DNA of 63,886 nucleotides, filler included, from Octopus bimaculoides (GCF_001194135.2; 7 parts of 6 records of this genome joined end to end with filler, not necessarily neighbours in it), one strand, 5' to 3'. Shown: positions 13,890 to 25,965, numbered from the whole stretch's first letter. The notes: generated by a model from the sequence alone, not told the origin. Numbers and translations: made by a program.

Positions 13890-14045
13890 CAGGCGTGGCT
13901 GTGTGGTAAGAAGTTTGCTTTCCAACCAGATGGCTCTGAGTTCCCTTGTGGGAACCTTATCAAATGTCTTCTACTATAGCCTCGGGCCAATCAAAGTCTT
14001 ATCAGTGGATTTAGCAGTCGTAAACTGAAAGAAGACTGTCGTATA
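13890..14045 (+). mobile_element. Family B SINE head
   Basis: ggcgtggctgtgtggtaagaagtttgc...cttctactatagcctcggg...actgaaagaagactgtcg. Confidence 0.75.
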
Positions 14046-14059
14046 TATATATACATATA

Positions 14060-14251
14060 ATGATTTTACCAGGTGGTCAGCGCGGAAATAATAACCTCAT
14101 AGGTAAATTTTACAAATTGGCATCTATTTTTACAGTGTGCGGTGAGGCATATAGCCAATCCCTTGTTATAATTATGTATATAATTATAAAAGATTTTGTA
14201 AAATTTACCTATGAGGTTTTTATTTCTGCGCTGACCACCTGGTAAAATCAT
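14060..14251. mobile_element. 192-bp MITE / foldback element with 57-bp TIRs
   Basis: Arms match at 55/57 positions; TA on both flanks (14058-59, 14252-53). Confidence 0.75.
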
Positions 14252-14697
14252 TAATGATTTTTACCCTTTATGATAATTAATATTTGAAAATTTTTNNNNN
14301 NNNNNNNNNNNNNNNNNNNNNNNNNNNNNNNNNNNNNNNNNNNNNNNNNNNNNNNNNNNNNNNNNNNNNNNNNNNNNNNNNNNNNNNNNNNNNNNNNNNN
14401 NNNNNNNNNNNNNNNNNNNNNNNNNNNNNNNNNNNNNNNNNNNNNNNNNNNNNNNNNNNNNNNNNNNNNNNNNNNNNNNNNNNNNNNNNNNNNNNNNNNN
14501 NNNNNNNNNNNNNNNNNNNNNNNNNNNNNNNNNNNNNNNNNNNNNNNNNNNNNNNNNNNNNNNNNNNNNNNNNNNNNNNNNNNNNNNNNNNNNNNNNNNN
14601 NNNNNNNNNNNNNNNNNNNNNNNNNNNNNNNNNNNNNNNNNNNNNNNNNNNNNNNGTGGAGGAGGAGGTGGAGGAGGAGGTGGAGGAGGAGGAGGCT

Positions 14698-14978
14698 AAC
14701 GCTACTGAATACCAATAGAAGAAGGATTGTATAGGCACAGGCCAGAAAAAATCACAGAAAACGAGAAAGCAACAATACGATGAGATATGCCAATATACAC
14801 AGATAGAGAAATTAAGGCTAGCCGAATATAGTTGTCAGAGATCACCAAGAAAAAAATGCTTTCTAATCGATGTATCAATACCAACAGATGACAATGCTTC
14901 TCTAAAAGAAATGGAGAAACTTTCAAATTAAAAACAAATCTGGAAATAGAGGTAACTCGAATGCGCTCAGTAGTGCAG
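14698..14978 (+). mobile_element. R4/Dong-like RLE LINE 3' fragment A, internally deleted
   Basis: HRPEKITENEKATI..DMPIYTDREIKA...KCFLIDVSIPTDDNASLKEMEKLS; fused directly to the 3' UTR end gcgctcagtagtgcagtgaaagcacgtg. Confidence 0.8.
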
Positions 14979-15009
14979 TGAAAGCACGTGATGAAAAAAA
15001 GTGATAATA

Positions 15010-15598
15010 ATATGCCACTAGCTCAGAAGGAATGTAAGAGACGCCACAAGAATGTAGCCAGGCTTGTCCATTGGACACTCTGCAACAGGTATGAACTTGA
15101 CAGAGAAAAAAATTGGTACGACCACAGACCTGAAGACATCGTCGAAAATAGAAATGCAAAGATCCTATGATATTTTATGATTCAGTACGACCATGAGATA
15201 GAGAACAGGAAGCCGGACATAGTCTTAATTGAGAAAGAAAACAAACTATGCTGGATCATAAATATAGCATGCCCAGCTAACAAGGTATGCGATAAGGAAG
15301 AAAAGTTGAGAGATATGACAGGTTAGCTTGGGAAGTTAAGCAGTTGTGGTCGATGAAAAAGGCAGCAGTAAATACCAATAATTGTCGGAGCCCTGGGAAC
15401 AGTGAACAAAAATCTCGAGAAGTACGTGGAACAAATAGGAGCTGCAATAAGGGTGGAGCATTTGCAGAAAACAGTACTGCTTGGAACCTCTCGAATACTC
15501 CGGAAGGTGCTCGAAAAATAAGAGGTGTTACCTTAGTTCACTGGTAGTGAACAGCTGACACTGTAGTATATCTCCAGCGTTAGAAGCTGTGCAAAGGC
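15010..15598 (+). mobile_element. R4/Dong-like RLE LINE 3' fragment B (second subfamily)
   Basis: AQKECKRRHKNVARLVHW...WYDHRPEDIVEN...RKPDIVLIEK...IVGALGTV...LQKTVLLGTSRILRKVL, then 3' UTR and an (AAT)n tail. Confidence 0.88.

Positions 15599-15670
<72 letters not shown>
15599..15670. repeat. (AAT)n between two R4/Dong-like fragments
   Basis: Perfect AAT run. Confidence 0.95.
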
Positions 15671-15672
<2 letters not shown>

Positions 15673-15958
15673 AAAGGTCTGGAAATAGAGTTAATTCGAA
15701 CATAAAAACAGAAAGAATTGCTATAATAGTAGAAGCATTAGGTATGATTAAAAAAAACATTCAGACAAATACATAACAAAAGCACCAGGACTTACAAGTG
15801 TATATAACCTACAGAAAATAGCACTACTAGGCACCGCACACATCCTACGTAAAGCACTTCACTTTCAATACATTGAAAATAAGAACACCAAATCAAACCA
15901 CAGCACACACCCAAGGCACACAGAGCTACGCTCGGTAGTGGAATGAAAGCACGTGGTA
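15669..15958 (+). mobile_element. R4/Dong-like RLE LINE 3' fragment C (same subfamily as A)
   Basis: KGLEIELIR...IIVEALGMIKK...LQKIALLGTAHILRKAL; starts right after (AAT)n and ends gaaagcacgtggt(aat)n. Confidence 0.8.
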
Positions 15959-15995
15959 ATAATAATAAAAATAATAATAATGATAATAATAATAG

Positions 15996-16122
15996 TCCTT
16001 TCTACTATAGGCCTGAAGCTTTGGAGGAGGGGAGAGTCGATTACATCAACCCTAGATTACAACTAGTACTTATTTTATCGACCCGAAAAGATGAAAGGCA
16101 AAGTCGACTTCGGTGGCATTTA
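15996..16122 (-). mobile_element. Family A SINE 3' part, tail-to-tail with R4/Dong fragment C at a shared (AAT)n
   Basis: tcctttctactataggcctgaa...gatgaaaggcaaagtcgac. Confidence 0.75.
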
Positions 16123-17367
16123 CACTGGAATAAATGTTGCGAATCCCTTTTTTCTGATGTCCGTATGATTCAAGCAAATCGCCATAAAAATATATATTTC
16201 GTCTTTAGTGAAATAGTGCCTACAGCCTCTGGTAGCGGGGACAGAGGAGAAAAACTGACAAATTGCTTTTTTTATTAGATTCATCAAGAATCGTTTACCT
16301 AAACCTTCTAAAAACCTGTAAGAATGTAGAAGGGCAACATTTAAGATATAAAGGAGATTTGCACAGACACAGAAAAATCTACATAATTTTAGTTATGCTA
16401 AATGGTAGACGGTCGAGTATTAAAATCCAGACTACCAATACAACATGGGTTATGAATTAATACATATGCGGTGACATATCTCTTCGCATTTGAAATGAGT
16501 ACGCGGGTATTTGAAAATATTTAACGGAGTAACAACTGTTCCCTGCATACTAAAGGGCTGCCCATTGGCAAAGCATAGTAACCGTTCAGCCACACTGCCA
16601 GGGATACGGCGAAGTCATGGGACTGCACATGGCGGATTGTGAAGAGGTAGTAGAAGAGCTCAACTGAGCCAACGGTACTTCTTACATTGATACTGAGAGG
16701 AGGAATCCTAGAAGATTAAGGGTTAAGGCCACCAAGTTCTATCAAGAAAGTAACTGCCACTCATCCACAGGGATGGCGTCCATAGTTGTGTAATCAGCTA
16801 ATAACAGATTCACTATGACTCAAGCTTCCAATTCAAATTTATAATGTTATTGGATGGTGGCGAGTCATGGGAATCCGCGAAAGCAGTGAACACTTTTTAA
16901 AAACTAAGTTTAATAGACATAATACACATATACAAACGTATTATGAATACGTATGTATGCATCTGTTGACATATGGTGTGCGTGTGTGTGCGTGTGTGTA
17001 TGCATATGCATGTATATGTTGTGTGTGTGTGTGTGTGTGCTAATGTACATGTACGTGTATCCAGAAATAAATCCAGAAATACGTGTGAGGAGAACTGTGA
17101 AATTTCCAATGGGATATCGTATTCCAATGATCGGTTTGTGAGGCCTGAATTTCTATCTGCCGTAGAACATTTTTCATGCCTTCAACGTGATAGGAAAAGT
17201 AATCTATTTCTTTTGGGAATGCTACAACACAAAGACTGATCGAAAAGATTCTTCTGTCATTAGAATAGCAGGAAAAATGTAAAGCGGAACAATGACTTTA
17301 GGAGTCTTTGGGATGTATATATATTTTATTTATAGTCTTTTCAAAACTTAATGTTAATTATTTGCTC

Positions 17368-17434
<67 letters not shown>

Positions 17435-17959
17435 ACACTCACACACAATACATAGGTGTGACTATGTGGTTCGGAGGTCCACTCCGGAACGACGTGGCTT
17501 CTGACGCTGTTGTACCATGCGTCATCTTGAGCAATGACTTGCTCTCTAGTCTGCACAATGAAAAGGTTTGCAGCCATTGCCACAGAGGCAGCCCAGATAT
17601 TCTATTTAAAACAGTATCCTCACATTCAGTCGAGATAAATATTTAACTAAAAAAACCCAGCCTGGACTGAAAACTTATAGATTGCTAGAATTGCCAAATT
17701 GAACCAATAAAGGACTGTAACGCAACCACCCAGCCTGCTAGAAATAACAGCCATTCCTCCTTCAAATACTACACTAGTAGTACCAACCTAACTAAATCTA
17801 TCAAAATATAGAAAACATCACTAACATCTCCAACAGAGATATCAACAAAGATATCAAGGCTCCCCTATGTAATAATTCAGTATGTTAAAAACAGCAGCCA
17901 AATTTCCATCAAATTACACGTTACAGAAAGAACATTTAGGCTTATGTAGTCCTAGGTAT

Positions 17960-18400
17960 ACTATGGAGTCACTCTCACTGTGTGGCATCTTAAGCAAGTG
18001 TCTATAACTATAGCCTCGGTTCAACCAAAGGCTTGTACATAAAATTGGTAGGCGGAAACTGAAAGAACCCCATCGTATATATATATATATNNNNNNNNNN
18101 NNNNNNNNNNNNNNNNNNNNNNNNNNNNNNNNNNNNNNNNNNNNNNNNNNNNNNNNNNNNNNNNNNNNNNNNNNNNNNNNNNNNNNNNNNNNNATATATA
18201 TATATATATATATAAAACACCATTTGACAACCAATGCTGGTGTGTTTACGTCCCCATAATTAGCGGTTCGGTAAAGGATCGATAGAATAAGTATCAGCCT
18301 TAAAAAGAAAAACAAGTACTGTAGTCGATTCGTCCGACTCAAATTCAAGACGGTGCCCCAGCATGGCCGCTGTCTAATGACTGACACAAGTGAAAGGTAT
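17960..18400 (+). mobile_element. Family B SINE with a gap inside its internal (TA)n
   Basis: Head, ggcggaaactgaaagaacccc, (TA)n/N, then tail ccagcatggccgc..tctaatgactga. Confidence 0.75.
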
Positions 18401-18619
18401 ATAAAAAAATCGCGATGGCCATGGCCGTGACGTCTTTGATCATAAGTCTGCTCATTATTACCAACAAAGTATACAACCTTCCATAAAAGCCAACCATGAT
18501 TTATGCAACAACACAACCATGTCTGCCATTAACAGCATCATTATTACACCCACGGCCTTCACCACTAACAACAACAACAACAACAACCAGAGCAGTGCTA
18601 TGAAAAGAGGGAACATCGC

Positions 18620-18790
18620 TTGACTTGCTAGAAACAACAATCAAAATCATCGCGAAATCACAAACTACTGTCTTCAAAAAGAAGGTAAAATAGTTTGAAT
18701 AATTTAAGTCTGAAAAAGGATAGGGATGTCACGAATGGAATGTCTTTGATATTGGTTTGCTAGATAAAGGCTGATTTGGGAATAAACTAC
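18620..18790 (+). repeat. Dispersed repeat family E (gctagaaa(t/c)a.c...aaatcac...gtcttaaaaaa)
   Basis: Similar segments near 17735 (+), 32600-32655 (-), 36575-36620 (-), 49870-50090 (+) and 58865-58900 (-); class unknown. Confidence 0.45.
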
Positions 18791-20223
18791 AACAATCATC
18801 AGCGTAGCCAGTACTACCATCAAACAGCACCAGCACTACCACAACAGCCATCAATACCATTGCCACAACCACCACCAACAACAACAAAATCAGCAACCGC
18901 AGCAAGAACAACAGTAACAACAGTAACAGCAGCAATAACAGCAATGCTGAAAGTGTAATCCCCACATTTCCACTAAGGTGGCAGCCCGTGAAATTGTATG
19001 TAACCAAATTGACACCGACTCCAAATGTTTCCAGAAGGTAACCAGAACATCCGTCCATCCATTTAATTGATCTGTTCATCTTGACGGCTTTACTGCACAT
19101 CCCTCACACCTTGCCAACTCGCACCAGACTCAACTAACCACACCTACCACGCATGCCCAACACATTTCGTTTAAATAGAACTGTCAAACATGCCTGGCCA
19201 CTGTGACATTATGTGGCTTATTTACAGTGAGAGCGGTCGACTATTTTGGTGGGGTTGCAGTGAAGGGAATGAGGTGGAATAGTGTCATAGCGTCGTGCAT
19301 AAAGGTGCGTTTATGTCGAGGTGTAAATGTTACGTTGCTGTGCCGCACACAATCGAAGTGTGTGAAGTACTTGTATGTGCGTATGTGCGTATGTGCGCGG
19401 GAGGTGTCTGTCTTTGTATAAGTGGTGTGGTAACGTAGTAGGAGAGAGGTGGTGGGAGGTGGTCTGGCGTGATGAAGTAGTGTTGTGGAGTTATGCGTAC
19501 ACATATATAGGGATATATAGTTATATATTTATATGTACACGCACATATGTATGTATATGTAAATATATGTCAACATATATACATATATACATACATTGTA
19601 TATGTGGACATATGTGTAAATAGTATATATGCCTATATCTATATATGTATATATATATATATATANNNNNNNNNNNNNNNNNNNNNNNNNNNNNNNNNNN
19701 NNNNNNNNNNNNNNNNNNNNNNNNNNNNNNNNNNNNNNNNNNNNNNNNNNNNNNNNNNNNNNNNNNNNNNNNNNNNNNNNNNNNNNNNNNNNNNNNNNNN
19801 NNNNNNNNNNNNNNNNNNNNNNNNNNNNNNNNNNNNNNNNNNNNNNNNNNNNNNNNNNTATCTATATGGATACATATACATATATATGTGTATGTAAATA
19901 TATATATGTATACATATTGACGATACTCCAGCCTCAAAGCTGAAACATAAAAGAATAAAAGAATATATATATACATATATAGAGAGAGAGAGAGAGAGAC
20001 AGACAGAGACAGATGCATCTATATATACATATATAGATGCGCACAACTATATACATGTAAAGATGTAAACATTTATATTCAAATATATGTATGTATGTAT
20101 GCATGGATGGATGGATGGGTGGATGGATAGATGGATGCATGCATGCATGCATGTATATATGAATATATATATATGTATACGTATATACACATATATATAT
20201 AAACACACCTAAAATGCACTGCC

Positions 20224-20269
<46 letters not shown>

Positions 20270-20346
20270 ATAATCCTCACACAGCAACTATTACGTAATG
20301 GCTATCACATTGTAAATCAAATTTTGGATAATGTAATCTAATATAT

Positions 20347-20375
20347 ATGGATATACAAGCAAAATACTCGAAGAG
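20347..20375 (+). CDS. Candidate first coding exon (MDIQAKYSK-R) for the 33893 exon
   Basis: ATG follows an in-frame TAA (20329-31) and the exon ends at a consensus donor ag|gtaaga in phase 2, matching the phase of 33893. A phase match has a 1-in-3 chance; there is no other support. Confidence 0.25.
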
Positions 20376-20820
20376 GTAAGAAAATTAATGTTACAATATA
20401 TATTAATTTGCATTAGATGCGCTTATGGATTTCATTGCTCACTTTCAATCTCCGTGGTGGGAGAAAATGTCATGTTCATATACGTTTTAAATATAGCTTT
20501 TGGCTGTTCCATGTTACTACCGATGAGAAAACAAAGACATTACTCGGAGAGTGGAAATTACTACCAACAAGTTGTACCACCCTCCATACGCACATCATCT
20601 GCTGTACGGAGAGTGCTCTCTACAGATGAAAAAACTCAGAGCTATTTTCCTTCAATATGTATATTTCTTTCGTGCAATAGTGATATTACAGTTAGAAAAT
20701 AAATCAGTTTTGAATAAATTGATACTTACTATATATTCTAGTATATGTTAGATTACATCTAATATATGTATTTTATGAAATACATACACACACACGCACA
20801 TACATACAGACACACACACA

Positions 20821-20855
<35 letters not shown>

Positions 20856-20856
20856 G

Positions 20857-21110
20857 GTGAAGGTGCATGGGTCAGTGGTTAGAGCGTCGAGCTTATGGTC
20901 GTGAGGTTGTGAGTTCGATTCCCGGACCGGGCTGCGTGTTGTGCTCTTGGGCAAGACACTCTATTTTACGTTGCTCCAGTTAACTCAGCTGTAGAAATGA
21001 GCTGCGACATCACTGGTGCCAAGCTGGTGTGGAGAGGGGAGGCTGGTCATAAACAACCTTGCCCGGACTTGTGCCTCGGAGGGTAACTTTCTAGGTGCAA
21101 TCCCATGGTC
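20857..21110 (+). mobile_element. tRNA-derived SINE family C
   Basis: A box tcagtggttagagc, B box gagttcgattccc, then gtgctcttgggcaagacact (CORE-like) and ccagttaactcagctg. Confidence 0.85.
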
Positions 21111-21306
21111 ATTATATACACGAGGAAGTATACAGAAGTAACCGGAAACGTTCTCTGTGGGACAAGCCTGTTGTAGTTCACGCTTCCACCGCTAGAAGCC
21201 ACTTGANNNNNNNNNNNNNNNNNNNNNNNNNNNNNNNNNNNNNNNNNNNNTTAATTAATTAANNNNNNNNNNNNNNNNNNNNNNNNNNNNNNNNNNNNNN
21301 NNNNNN

Positions 21307-21907
21307 AGTTAACCTTCCTTTGATATTGCTGCACCTCTTATGTGTCCATAGCTTACACTGGGTACATCTTATAGAGTTTTTACCTACGCCTTTTCTACAG
21401 ATCGAGCAGGGCCATCTACCTGAAGGAGTTTGTGGTTTGTCTACCTTCCTTCTTATTAGGATTTTGGTTTTAGGTAGGTTGACTCTAAAGCCCTTCGATT
21501 CTAGTCCTTGCTTCCACACCTGAAACTTCTCCTCTAGTTCTGATAGTGACTCAGCAATTAGTGCAAGGTCATCAGCATAGAGGAGCTCTCGGGGGCATCC
21601 TGTCTTGAATTCTTGTGTTATTGCCTGGAGGGGGCTGAGGACTGAACCTTGGGGGACCCCTGCCTCTACTCGGAATTCTTCACTGTACTCGTTGCCAACT
21701 GTCACCTTACTGACAGTGTCTCTGTACATGGCTTGCACAGCTCTCACTAACCATTCTTCTATCCCTAGTTTCCTCATTGACCACCAGATAAGGGATCGGA
21801 GGACCCTGTCAAAGGCTTTCTCCATGTCAACGCAAGCCAGGTACAAAGGTTTATCTTTGGTTAGGTATTTCTCCTGCAGCTGTCTTACCAGAAATATAGC
21901 ATCAATG
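21307..21907 (-). mobile_element. RTE-clade LINE RT fragment with Cys-rich finger
   Basis: DAIFLVRQLQEK, VDMEKAFD, GVPQGSVLSP, LLYADD, WPCSICRKGVG..SIRCTQCKLWTHKRC. Confidence 0.93.
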
Positions 21908-21909
21908 AA

Positions 21910-23420
21910 CAATAAATAATACTGTTATGACGTATGTTCAGTAGAAGGTAAGCTTTTTGTACCAGTATCCAACAATGAAATCTCTTCCAGGTGCATTTCC
22001 ATCCTAAAGTTTCTGGATTACAGTCATAAGGGTACCACCACCAATGCTGTATGTCTTGGGTGTAATGTAGGGACAATAACTTCGATTTTCTTCCAGTCAC
22101 AGAGCATTTTGGTTAAACTCCATCTCTTCACTCTAAATTTTCCTCCAGAAGTAGTCTTTGTCTTCTCATGAAGGAGCTTCTATGATGTTCACTGCTACTC
22201 CTCTCATGTCTCTGTATACTGTTGCCTGGTTCTGGTTAAATTTTTTGTTTATTGTTTTTCTCTTGGTTATTCTCTTCTGATGTCAGAATCTCTCACTGAC
22301 AGCTTTTAGCTCCTGCTTGAGGGCGATCAGTTTGCAAGTGAGTGTTCTTTTTTTGCTATCTCCAAAAATCGCTTCTATCTCTTTCTTCACTTTTTGTTGG
22401 TGAGACCTGTAATGATTTACTTGTTTGCATGCAATAAGCATCATCACATGGCTGATGATCTTCCATAAATTAGCTCTCTTTTCCTCTGATGACACTTTCT
22501 TCATTGTTTCAGTTTGGTTTACTTTTTCGCTCATGTACTGCTTTGCAGGTGTTAATCTTCCAGAATGAGGGTTCATTACACNNNNNNNNNNNNNNNNNNN
22601 NNNNNNNNNNNNNNNNNNNNNNNNNNNNNNNNNNNNNNNNNNNNNNNNNNNNNNNNNNNNNNNNNNNNNNNNNNNNNNNNNNNNNNNNNNNNNNNNNNNN
22701 NNNNNNNNNNNNNNNNNNNNNNNNNNNNNNNNNNNNNNNNNNNNNNNNNNNNNNNNNNNNNNNNNNNNNNNNNNNNNNNNNNNNNNNNNNNNNNNNNNNN
22801 NNNNNNNNNNNNNNNNNNNNNNNNNNNNNNNNNNNNNNNNNNNNNNNNNNNNNNNNNNNNNNNNNNNNNNNNNNNNNNNNNNNNNNNNNNNNNNNNNNNN
22901 NNNNNNNNNNNNNNNNNNNNNNNNNNNNNNNNNNNNNNNNNNNNNNNNNNNNNNNNNNNNNNNNNNNNNNNNNNNNNNNNNNNNNNNNNNNNNNNNNNNN
23001 NNNNNNNNNNNNNNNNNNNNNNNNNNNNNNNNNNNNNNNNNNNNNNNNNNNNNNNNNNNNNNNNNNNNNNNNNNNNNNNNNNNNNNNNNNNNNNNNNNTA
23101 ACTGTGTTCCAACATTGTCCATGTTTTTGTTTATATTGTTTGGGAGAAGGTTAATTTCAGATCTTTATTTAATAAAGTTACATTCACTAACTTTCTTCCT
23201 AAGTTCCACATATGTTGTTGGTGTAATTGTTTCACAGTAAAATGATTTAGTTCTGGGTGCAGACCGTCCCAGTATGATTTCAATCTGCTCATATTCCAAC
23301 AGTGGTGTTTTGCTTTGCTCTTTTATAACAGTTAAATAAATCAGCATTCAATTCCTAACTACAATGAAAATGTGTTTTGTTGTTACAGTTTCTTCTATAG
23401 CTATAGCTAGAAGTAATCTG
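21910..23420 (-). mobile_element. R4/Dong-like LINE, N-terminal/RT-proximal region, decayed, spanning a gap
   Basis: LIALKQELKAVSERF...NKKFNQNQATVYRDMRG...EAPS; the decayed MHLEEISLLDTGTK is read as K.PG.D.I.GYWYK. The part beyond the gap (23100-23420) is weaker. Confidence 0.55.
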
Positions 23421-23745
23421 TTTACCTGTTGAGCTGCTGTTTTCATTCTATTCCTGAATTGTGTTGTAGTTGTTGTGTCCAGCCATAGAAGTGATATTGA
23501 AGAATAATAATTTGAGGTGTCAAACTGAAAGAAATAGGTGGGCTGTTTATAAGGAAGAGAGTGGAACCAAGTGATGATGACACCAGTACAATTCCAGAGC
23601 AGAAGCTTAATGTTAGTCCTAACTAGTGATAGAATATGGTTAATAATGCATTTACTAATTCAATCCAAGTCTGATTTAGTTGGGCAGATCAGTCTAATAG
23701 AAGGCTTAGTGGAGAAGTTGGACATGTGGTCTTTCAGGATGAAGC

Positions 23746-23775
<30 letters not shown>

Positions 23776-23776
<1 letters not shown>

Positions 23777-24009
23777 ATTCCAGGGTGAAAAACTAGAGGT
23801 AGTCGATAGCTTCCGCTATCTGGGCGACCAAGTTAGTAGTGGGGGTGGGTGCGCTGAAAGTGTAGCTGCTAGAATAAGAATAGCCTGGGCAAAGTTTAGA
23901 GAGCTCTTACCCCTGCTGGCGACAAAGGGACTCTCACTCAGAGTAAAAGGCAGACTGTATGACGCATGCGTACGAACAACCATGCTACATGGCAGTGAAA
24001 CATGGGCTG
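23776..24009 (+). mobile_element. RTE-clade LINE, RT thumb/C-terminal fragment
   Basis: LEVVDSFRYLGD...RIRIAWAKFRELLPLL...LYDACVRTTMLHGSETWA. Confidence 0.9.
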
Positions 24010-24310
24010 NNNNNNNNNNNNNNNNNNNNNNNNNNNNNNNNNNNNNNNNNNNNNNNNNNNNNNNNNNNNNNNNNNNNNNNNNNNNNNNNNNNNNNNNNNN
24101 NNNNNNNNNNNNNNNNNNNNNNNNNNNNNNNNNNNNNNNNNNNNNNNNNNNNNNNNNNNNNNNNNNNNNNNNNNNNNNNNNNNNNNNNNNNNNNNNNNNN
24201 NNNNNNNNNNNNNNNNNNNNNNNNNNNNNNNNNNNNNNNNNNNNNNNNNNNNNNNNNNNNNNNNNNNNNNNNNNNNNNNNNNNNNNNNNNNNNNNNNNNN
24301 NNNNNNNNNN

Positions 24311-24543
24311 GGTGGCACATAAAAGACACCATTTCGAGCGTGGCCGTTTTCGTGCGGGTGACACGTAAAAGCACCCACTACACTCTCTGAGTGGTTGGCG
24401 TTAGGAAGGGCATCCAGCTGTAGAAACTCTGCCAAATCAGACTGGAGCCTGGTGTTGCCATCCGGTTTCACCAGTCCTCAGTCAAATCGTCCAACCCATG
24501 CTAGCATGGAAAGCGGACGTTAAACGATGATGATGATGATGAT
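24311..24543 (+). mobile_element. RTE-type 3' tail ending in (GAT)n
   Basis: ggaagggcatccagc...ccaacccatgctagcatggaaagcggacgttaaac(gat)n; the same tail is seen on the minus strand at 25966-26150 and 56790-56975. Confidence 0.7.
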
Positions 24544-24586
24544 ATATACACACACACACACATATATATGTATATACATATATATA

Positions 24587-25926
24587 CAAGGTGGGGCAGA
24601 GAGGATGGGCGTTTTTGAAAAATTCACAAAATCAATAATTTCAGCTGCAAACAAATTTTATTGGCATCAATGTGTTCGTATTGAATAAGCATTTGTCAAA
24701 ATCAGGGGTGGAAAACAACATCCATCATGTGATTTTCCATTTTCATTGATGCATTTCTGAAGGCACTCTTGGAAGTTGGCCTCCACTCCAGCATTGCTCT
24801 GTCGATTTGGGTTACTTCCATGCAAATAGCTTCCTTCAAATCATCCAATGTACAGGGCTTATGCACATACACATGTGCCTTGAGATTTCCTTACAAGAAA
24901 TAATTGCACATGGACAAATCAGAGGACCGAGGAGGCCAAGGAACGTTAATAAACCTGGAAATGAGGTGGTCACCAAAGAGAGGACGAAGAATATCTATTG
25001 ATGCTCTGGCTGTGTGGGCCATCGCTCCACTCTGCTGAAACTACAGACATCAAATAGGCATATGTTTTCATCGTAATTCTCGCACAAAGAAGTTGTTTAT
25101 CATTTCAATGTAACACTCAGAGTTCACGGCAACAGCATTTCCATTATTGTCTTCAAAACAGTAAGGACCAATGACAGCAGCTTTTCCAACAGCATGCCAA
25201 ACCATCACTTTTGGGCTGTGCAATGGTCTTTTGTGCAGCTCTCTCAGATTTTCAAGTGCCTAATAACAACAGTACTGTTGATTCACCATGCCACTGAGAT
25301 GAAAATGAGCTTCATCACTCATTAACAAAATGCGGTTGTCATTTGCCTCAAAAATTGCTTCCATCTGATGCGCAAAGTTAAGCCACTGCACATAGTGCCA
25401 TGATTTCAACTGTTGCCCAGTGACCAATTTGTATGGGTGGAAATGTAGGTATCCATGCAAAATATGCCTTACTGATCGGTTACCAATGCCAAATTCTGTG
25501 GAATGCCTCCAAGCAGAGTGATTCAGACTCTGTATCAAAGCGTGTCTGATGCATTCCACATTTTCTGGGGTCTGTACCATTTGTAGTACCTGCACCAGTC
25601 TCCTATTCATTAGTGTACCTCGTATATGAAGTGCATTCACCCAACATAAGATTGTGTTATGGGTGGGAAAAGCCTGATTTCAGTGAATGTTGAAGCGGTG
25701 CCAAAACTCACATAGAACTGCTGTGACAGACCCATTCTTCATGTAACTGTCATAGGCAAACACGTGATGTTCTATCATCCACAGAGCTTCACCTGAAAAG
25801 AAGAAAAATGCTAAGACACCACAGATTGAATGGTACCTGTCAGACCTGTCAGAATGGTACCTGTTCCTCCCCCTGGGGCTAAGTAATAGCCATTTCAAAA
25901 TCATCTGTCCTCTTTGCTCCACCCTG
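24587..25926 (-). mobile_element. Tc1/mariner DD41D (rosa/VS-like) transposon, full length, decayed
   Basis: ~34-bp imperfect TIRs (caaggtggggcagagaggatg / catctgtcctctttgctccaccctg), TA flanks; SDEAHFHL, FQQ[D>S]GAMAH, WPPRSSDLSMC[D>N]YF with 41 residues between D2 and D3. Confidence 0.88.
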
Positions 25927-25965
25927 TATATATGTATGTATGCATATGTATGTATTGCATCTATC

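Noticed and set aside
19085-19500. C-rich then G-rich blocks, as a possible inverted repeat or promoter
   Set aside because: No alignable complementarity found by eye; compositional skew only.
20388-20751. Three overlapping short ORFs in unique sequence
   Set aside because: No recognisable motifs or consistent splice pair.
20857-20935. tRNA gene
   Set aside because: A and B boxes are present, but there is no acceptor stem and it runs into a SINE body.
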